Of a stretch of DNA of 64,000 bases, positions 59,529 to 64,000 are shown in pieces. A program made the translations under genes and the position numbers. The stretch is from Escherichia phage vB_EcoM_KAW1E185: sequence record NC_054922.1; one strand, given 5' to 3'. The stretch's first letter is position 1. Each line of letters opens with the position of its first letter. The notes under the pieces are model-generated. The model saw only the letters and a list, made by a program, of their open reading frames with translations, had not been told where the DNA came from and did not search any database.

Positions 59529-60367
59529 TAGAATGCTCCTTGGAAAATATTATCACCACTAGTAGGTCTATTATACAAATACTCTATGCCACCAGGTTTA
59601 ATATAGTTCCATGTCTGAAACGGATGTGTCTGATATGGATGATATAGATGATTATAAGGATTAAATCCAGGAGTTCTCCAGGTAGTATTCCAACGAAAAG
59701 AATCGTTTTTAATCATCTTTTCAATTGCATCTTTTATAGCTTTTTCACTATCAAAACTTTCTTTATTTTCCTTCGGTGAAAAAAGCTTATTTTCTACATC
59801 ATTCCATGTATAAACTCGCTGTGCAGTTTTTGGAATACTGTCACGCTCTCCTCGAGCCATCCAATAAACAGGAACATTTAATATTTCACTCGCGTGATCG
59901 CAGTGGTGAGCGAGATCGTCAATATAACAAATTACGTTATATTTTTCTTTTGCCTTTTTGAACAGCTCTTCTTTTGAAGAATCATGACCACACATCATTA
60001 CTTCTGAGAAGGCACCAGGAAAAAGAGCATTCAAATTAAATTGACGATTCAGCAGAGCGTCAATAGAATCACCCAATGCTGTAACAGCTACAAAATTATA
60101 ATCTTCTTTTAATTTGTTAATTACACACAGAGCATCTTTATATGGAGACAAGTAACGAATAAAATCTGAACGATTGTATTTTTCAATTAACTTGACACCA
60201 AGTTCTTCATCACAATTAAAGAGTTTACCTGGAGAAATAAATTTCTCATCCTGGATCATTTTTAAAATATGTTCTAACGGAAGATTATATTTCTGAGCAA
60301 AATAAGGAAGGCCTGATTGCCAGCTTAAACATACTCCATCAATATCAGTTAAAATAGTAGGCTTCAT
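59528..60367 (-). CDS. HAD-superfamily hydrolase-like protein, 279 aa (position of T4 30.2)
   Basis: N-terminal motif ILTDIDGV (HAD motif I, DxDG) and later YIDD. Confidence 0.65.
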   Translation of the reverse strand: MKPTILTDIDGVCLSWQSGLPYFAQKYNLPLEHILKMIQDEKFISPGKLFNCDEELGVKLIEKYNRSDFIRYLSPYKDALCVINKLKEDYNFVAVTALGDSIDALLNRQFNLNALFPGAFSEVMMCGHDSSKEELFKKAKEKYNVICYIDDLAHHCDHASEILNVPVYWMARGERDSIPKTAQRVYTWNDVENKLFSPKENKESFDSEKAIKDAIEKMIKNDSFRWNTTWRTPGFNPYNHLYHPYQTHPFQTWNYIKPGGIEYLYNRPTSGDNIFQGAF

Positions 60368-60828
60368 AGAGAGTCTCTTAATAGGTTTAACACATCAATA
60401 AATTCAGCTTCGGTTAGTATTGTATCATCTTTTGTTAGACCACTAGCCATGCTGTGCTTCAAAACTTTTCCTTTCGAGGCTTGTAATGCATCGCGAAAGC
60501 CCTTGTTTTGGATCGCTGCTTCAAAATATGCATTTGTGTATAATTCTTTCCACGCTGGAGAGTATCTTGAAAACGGAACTCCAAGCCAGAAGAGGGTCCC
60601 ACGGTCCTGAGCTCTAGCATAAGCTCGTCCAGCTTGTTGGGCGGCAAGCCCGGATAACCCAAATATACGTCTTTGATGTTCAACATTTTTCACCTTACAC
60701 CCTTGGAGGAATCCTTCGAGACCTCCAAATTGGATACCATCCATAACAAAAGGCCATTGGGCGAAATTACTTAATGCGCATGATGGCCATCTAAAATTGC
60801 TTCTTATCTCTAGCTCAGACATTTTCAA
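60364..60828 (-). CDS. NADAR (YbiA-like) domain protein, 154 aa (position of T4 30.3)
   Basis: LSNFAQWPFVMDG...LEGFLQGCKV aligns by eye with E. coli YbiA DFSNFAAWPIKVDG...SEHYFQAQKF; the C-terminal half is also collinear. Confidence 0.65.
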   Translation of the reverse strand: MKMSELEIRSNFRWPSCALSNFAQWPFVMDGIQFGGLEGFLQGCKVKNVEHQRRIFGLSGLAAQQAGRAYARAQDRGTLFWLGVPFSRYSPAWKELYTNAYFEAAIQNKGFRDALQASKGKVLKHSMASGLTKDDTILTEAEFIDVLNLLRDSL

Positions 60829-61021
60829 TACTTATAATTTCAACATCAGCCCAATGACCATAGCAAGGAAGACGAAATTCAACTGGCCAGTTAGGGTCCT
60901 TTTCTAATATAATAGACTCAACTTGTGGTTCTTCGTGTTCATCAGTATATGGATTTTTATCTGTTACTTTATATGTGACCTTAATGTACTGAATTCCAAA
61001 AATCTTATTAATTATATTCAT
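60815..61021 (-). CDS. hypothetical protein, 68 aa
   Basis: ORF track; overlapping operon. Confidence 0.5.
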   Translation of the reverse strand: MNIINKIFGIQYIKVTYKVTDKNPYTDEHEEPQVESIILEKDPNWPVEFRLPCYGHWADVEIISIENV

Positions 61022-61215
61022 ACTAATTCCTTTAATCCGTAAATAGGAGATAATTCATCGCCCATACGAAGGTCTTCATTTCCATCTACCCAGGAAACAA
61101 TATAAGCCTCTTTTATTTGAATACCACTCCATTTAAATGGAGGTAGAACCTTAGAAATTAATCCAGGTATACCAACTCCCTTTAATTCAACAGTTTGACC
61201 TAAAAAGAATTTCAT
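61018..61215 (-). CDS. hypothetical protein, 65 aa
   Basis: ORF track; overlapping operon. Confidence 0.5.
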   Translation of the reverse strand: MKFFLGQTVELKGVGIPGLISKVLPPFKWSGIQIKEAYIVSWVDGNEDLRMGDELSPIYGLKELV

Positions 61216-61526
61216 TAGAACCTCATCTGAAAGCCATGCGATTTAACATTACCGCCGCCAATATCAGAAATATTAATTTCACGCGCAATTGAAGGGTCAA
61301 TGTCAATTTCACGATTGAGTTTAGTGATAGCTAAAGTATCGCGCCCATTTACAGTACGGAACTTTAAAGGACATACTACATTAACGTAGTTTTTAATCGA
61401 TTCACTAGTAGGTTGCAAATGAGCAGGAAGGTCTTTAGGCGCCTTAGAGAAAACTACTTCGCAGAAGTTTTTACGAGTATCAAAATAAGTAGTCATAAAC
61501 ATAGTATTTTCCTCAGTAAGGGCCAA
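61215..61526 (-). CDS. hypothetical protein, 103 aa
   Basis: ORF track; overlapping operon. Confidence 0.55.
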   Translation of the reverse strand: MALTEENTMFMTTYFDTRKNFCEVVFSKAPKDLPAHLQPTSESIKNYVNVVCPLKFRTVNGRDTLAITKLNREIDIDPSIAREINISDIGGGNVKSHGFQMRF

Positions 61527-61542
61527 AGCCCCTCATTTTATT

Positions 61543-61908
61543 TTAAATATCAAATTCGTTAAGAACTACATCAAAGATTGCTTCAAGATGCTCAGGTTTA
61601 GCTCTGTTACTCAGAATATGACGAATCCAAGTTTTAACAAGAAGCTTACGATTAACGCCATTCCAGCAAGGATGAGTCCCTAAATCGCGTTGACGAAAAT
61701 CATCATCCAAAGCGATTTTGAAGTTGGAACCTTCCATTGTAATTGAAACCGTGATGCCATTTTCAAATCGCATATAAACGTAGTTAGGAGTCATATACTG
61801 TTCAATTTCGCATACTGATCCATTTTGATGTTTCCAAAGGCAAATAGTATCAATAGAACCTGCAATACCATTAGAAACATATTTACGTTCAAAGTTGATG
61901 TAGTTCAT
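61543..61908 (-). CDS. hypothetical protein, 121 aa
   Basis: ORF track; preceded by a promoter set in an inverted repeat. Confidence 0.55.
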   Translation of the reverse strand: MNYINFERKYVSNGIAGSIDTICLWKHQNGSVCEIEQYMTPNYVYMRFENGITVSITMEGSNFKIALDDDFRQRDLGTHPCWNGVNRKLLVKTWIRHILSNRAKPEHLEAIFDVVLNEFDI

Positions 61909-61932
61909 TTTTATTCTCCGAGATGTTTAATT

Positions 61933-61964
61933 GCGGTACAGGTATATAATATCATATCCTGTAC
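61933..61964 (-). promoter_or_regulatory. early-type promoter with -10 region inside 8-bp inverted repeat ggtacagg / cctgtacc
   Basis: Minus strand GTTTACT-N17-ATTATA; inverted-repeat arms at 61925..61932 and 61948..61955. Confidence 0.45.
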
Positions 61965-61984
61965 CAAAGTAAACAATTATTTTA

Positions 61985-62308
61985 CTACTTTCCAGTGCTG
62001 CATGTCAAGTTTACCAACTTTTTCATCTTCTCAATTAAGCGTTCGGCACGTTGGCGAGCTGTAACATAATACCATTCACCTAATTCATTTTGTTCAATTT
62101 TTCCAACGATTACTGTATTCAATTCATAAATCCAACCAGTAAAGAAATTATGAACTTGAATTGTAAAGGTGAAATCTGTTCCCATACCTTCTGTTGTTTC
62201 TACTTCAATAATATCACCTTCAACTGCCATTAAGAACCACATAGTTTCATCATATTTACCATTGAAGCATTTAGTTTTAACTGCAGCGTTCAGATTAATC
62301 GTTTTCAT
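61985..62308 (-). CDS. hypothetical protein, 107 aa
   Basis: ORF track. Confidence 0.55.
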   Translation of the reverse strand: MKTINLNAAVKTKCFNGKYDETMWFLMAVEGDIIEVETTEGMGTDFTFTIQVHNFFTGWIYELNTVIVGKIEQNELGEWYYVTARQRAERLIEKMKKLVNLTCSTGK

Positions 62309-62335
62309 TTTATTCTCCTTTGTTTGTGTAAGATA

Positions 62336-62365
62336 ATACTATCACAAAGGAACTATACTGTAAAC
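62336..62365 (-). promoter_or_regulatory. early-type promoter (GTTTACA-N17-TAGTAT) with flanking inverted repeat tttgtg / cacaaa
   Basis: Shares the motif gtaaacaactttgtg with the promoters at 7825..7854 and 8192..8221. Confidence 0.5.
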
Positions 62366-62395
62366 AACTTTGTGCAATCTTTGGAAAATAAAAAA

Positions 62396-62413
62396 GGACT
62401 CCCGAAGGAGTCC
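62396..62413 (-). terminator. intrinsic terminator (minus strand) after the small basic protein gene
   Basis: Hairpin GGACTCC-CGAA-GGAGTCC followed on the minus strand by TTTTTT. Confidence 0.6.
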
Positions 62414-62418
62414 TCAAC

Positions 62419-62595
62419 TTATGCTTTCTGCTTACCAAAACGAGAAGCATCATCTCGAAGAACCGCGCGTGCTCGGCGCATGATCTTCTCAACAGTTTGA
62501 TTGATACGAGAGTTCGACCCACGCTTGTAGCCAGCGCGTTTAGAATCACCAACTTTCTTTTCAACTGCTTTCTTTGCTTTAGCTTGTTTTGCCAT
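62419..62595 (-). CDS. small highly basic protein, 58 aa (the longer ORF to 62727 is an alternative)
   Basis: Internal ATG at 62595 has an AAGAGA Shine-Dalgarno; product MAKQAKAKKAVEKK... is K/R-rich. Confidence 0.5.
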   Translation of the reverse strand: MAKQAKAKKAVEKKVGDSKRAGYKRGSNSRINQTVEKIMRRARAVLRDDASRFGKQKA

Positions 62596-62832
62596 TATAA
62601 ATTCTCTTTTAAATGAAAATGCAGGACTTATTGGCATTGCCGCGAAAGCCCTCAAGGGGTACTTAGGTTTTGAATATTTACCGACAGGATAACCATAAAC
62701 CTCGTCAACATTCAAGAGGTACACCATAAAACTGCCGGGGTCTTAAAACTATAATGATTCGCAAATCATTAATCAGACAGTTCGATGGCTCCTCGATTTT
62801 AGCTCACACTAAGGCAGTGAATCTCCAATAAA

Positions 62833-63081
62833 TTACTTCAGTGTTACCACAAAGTGACGAACTGCTTTTCGTGCAGCAGAAGCCAGAGGCTTAGCATACT
62901 TAAGTTCATCTTTTTCCTGAAGCTCAGCAGCTAATGCAGTTTGAGCAGGATTCAGATGTTTGAAATAACGCAGGATTTCAAGAGCTTCGGCTTCAACATC
63001 AATAGATGCGCCATAGTTTTCGTGACCATTATTCCATGCGTTTCGTTGCAGTTCAAGAGCGTGTTGTAATTGTTTAATCAT
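62833..63081 (-). CDS. rIII: rIII lysis-inhibition accessory protein
   Basis: 82 aa; recognised as T4 RIII. Confidence 0.93.
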   Translation of the reverse strand: MIKQLQHALELQRNAWNNGHENYGASIDVEAEALEILRYFKHLNPAQTALAAELQEKDELKYAKPLASAARKAVRHFVVTLK

Positions 63082-63228
63082 TTAAAAATTCTCGTTAGAG
63101 ATTAAAACTCGGTAGTCACGTTCTTCTGAATTTCATCTTCTTTCGACAGATCTCTCAGTTGTAGACTACCACATAGAATTGTTCGGTTAACTTATTATTC
63201 CGACACCCAATTCATATTATTATTTATA

Positions 63229-63564
63229 TCACTTATAAAGACACGGAATAGCTTTATAGTGACAGGTAACGAATTTTTGTTTAATTTCTTTTGGCTGCTT
63301 AAGACCCAGAGCTACAAAAGGATGCGGAACGTTTCGAATTTGACCAACTGGAAGAGAAGTCAAATCACCAACTTCGCAGAAACCTTCAGGAACATCAGGA
63401 CCAACAGAGTGAATTACACACAGTTCAGGAACTTCACCTTGAACACGTTTACCGATAATGAGTCCTGATTCTGTGACTTCTTCATCACCGGCTTGTGCAG
63501 GTTCAGAAACTAAAATAACATATTCACCGACAGCACGAATTGGTAGCTGTTGTACTTCAGACAT
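63229..63564 (-). CDS. 31: gp31 co-chaperonin (GroES analogue)
   Basis: 111 aa; recognised as T4 gp31. Confidence 0.95.
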   Translation of the reverse strand: MSEVQQLPIRAVGEYVILVSEPAQAGDEEVTESGLIIGKRVQGEVPELCVIHSVGPDVPEGFCEVGDLTSLPVGQIRNVPHPFVALGLKQPKEIKQKFVTCHYKAIPCLYK

Positions 63565-63620
63565 CGTTTTTCCTTTTTGTTAACAGATGAATTAATAATA
63601 ACAAATAATTCTTAAAGCAT

Positions 63621-63929
63621 TTATTTACCAATAAATTGAAGCAAATGCTCAACTTTCATACCATTAACGGAAATCAATTTGTCAATAGAAAAACCTCGCC
63701 ACTCGCCAAGCTCAACATCAAATACTGGAATCATATCAGTAGATTCTTTCCGAGCAGATTCAGTCAATTTACCAGTTTGCATGGTTGGCATAAAGTCAGC
63801 ATCGCGAGTACCTTTCATAGTACGAATAGTACCATCAGACTTTTCAAAAACTACGTTTGAAATACCCATGGACAATTTAGTTTTCAAAATTTCACGAATT
63901 GCTACTTTCTGTTCAGTTGTCAGTTTCAT
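63621..63929 (-). CDS. hypothetical protein, 102 aa (position of T4 31.1)
   Basis: ORF track. Confidence 0.6.
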   Translation of the reverse strand: MKLTTEQKVAIREILKTKLSMGISNVVFEKSDGTIRTMKGTRDADFMPTMQTGKLTESARKESTDMIPVFDVELGEWRGFSIDKLISVNGMKVEHLLQFIGK

Positions 63930-64000
63930 TTATTTACCTATTACAGTTTTAATATGAGTTGTTCCACGTTCTTTAAGGGTGGAAAGTAATTTTTGGCATT

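Overview
This window is the late-gene morphogenesis block of a T4-type (T-even, Tevenvirinae) myovirus, with flanking early and accessory regions. Protein identities were recognised by reading the translated ORFs against remembered T4 proteins; no database search was run. The plus-strand core runs in T4 order: baseplate 53-5-5.4-6-7-8-9-10-11-12, fibritin wac, neck 13-14-15, terminase 16-17, sheath 18, tube 19, portal 20, prohead core 67-68, protease 21, scaffold 22, major capsid 23 and vertex 24. It is followed by rnlB, hoc, inh, uvsW, uvsY, baseplate hub 25-26-51-27-28-29-48-54, alt, DNA ligase 30, a run of small accessory genes, rIII and 31. The left side carries minus-strand genes 4-2-3-1-57A-57B(Acb1)-ipI, then a variable accessory locus, a 10-tRNA array split by a GIY-YIG homing endonuclease, and further accessory genes. 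The phage is not T4 itself: the tRNA set includes His, Asn and a Tyr-like gene and lacks Pro, and inh and uvsW are only 50 bp apart. The most interesting material is accessory: two proteins with capsid-targeting leaders that look like new injected internal proteins, recurring promoter-plus-inverted-repeat cassettes around accessory ORFs, a NADAR/YbiA-like protein beside Alt, and an array of small membrane proteins.
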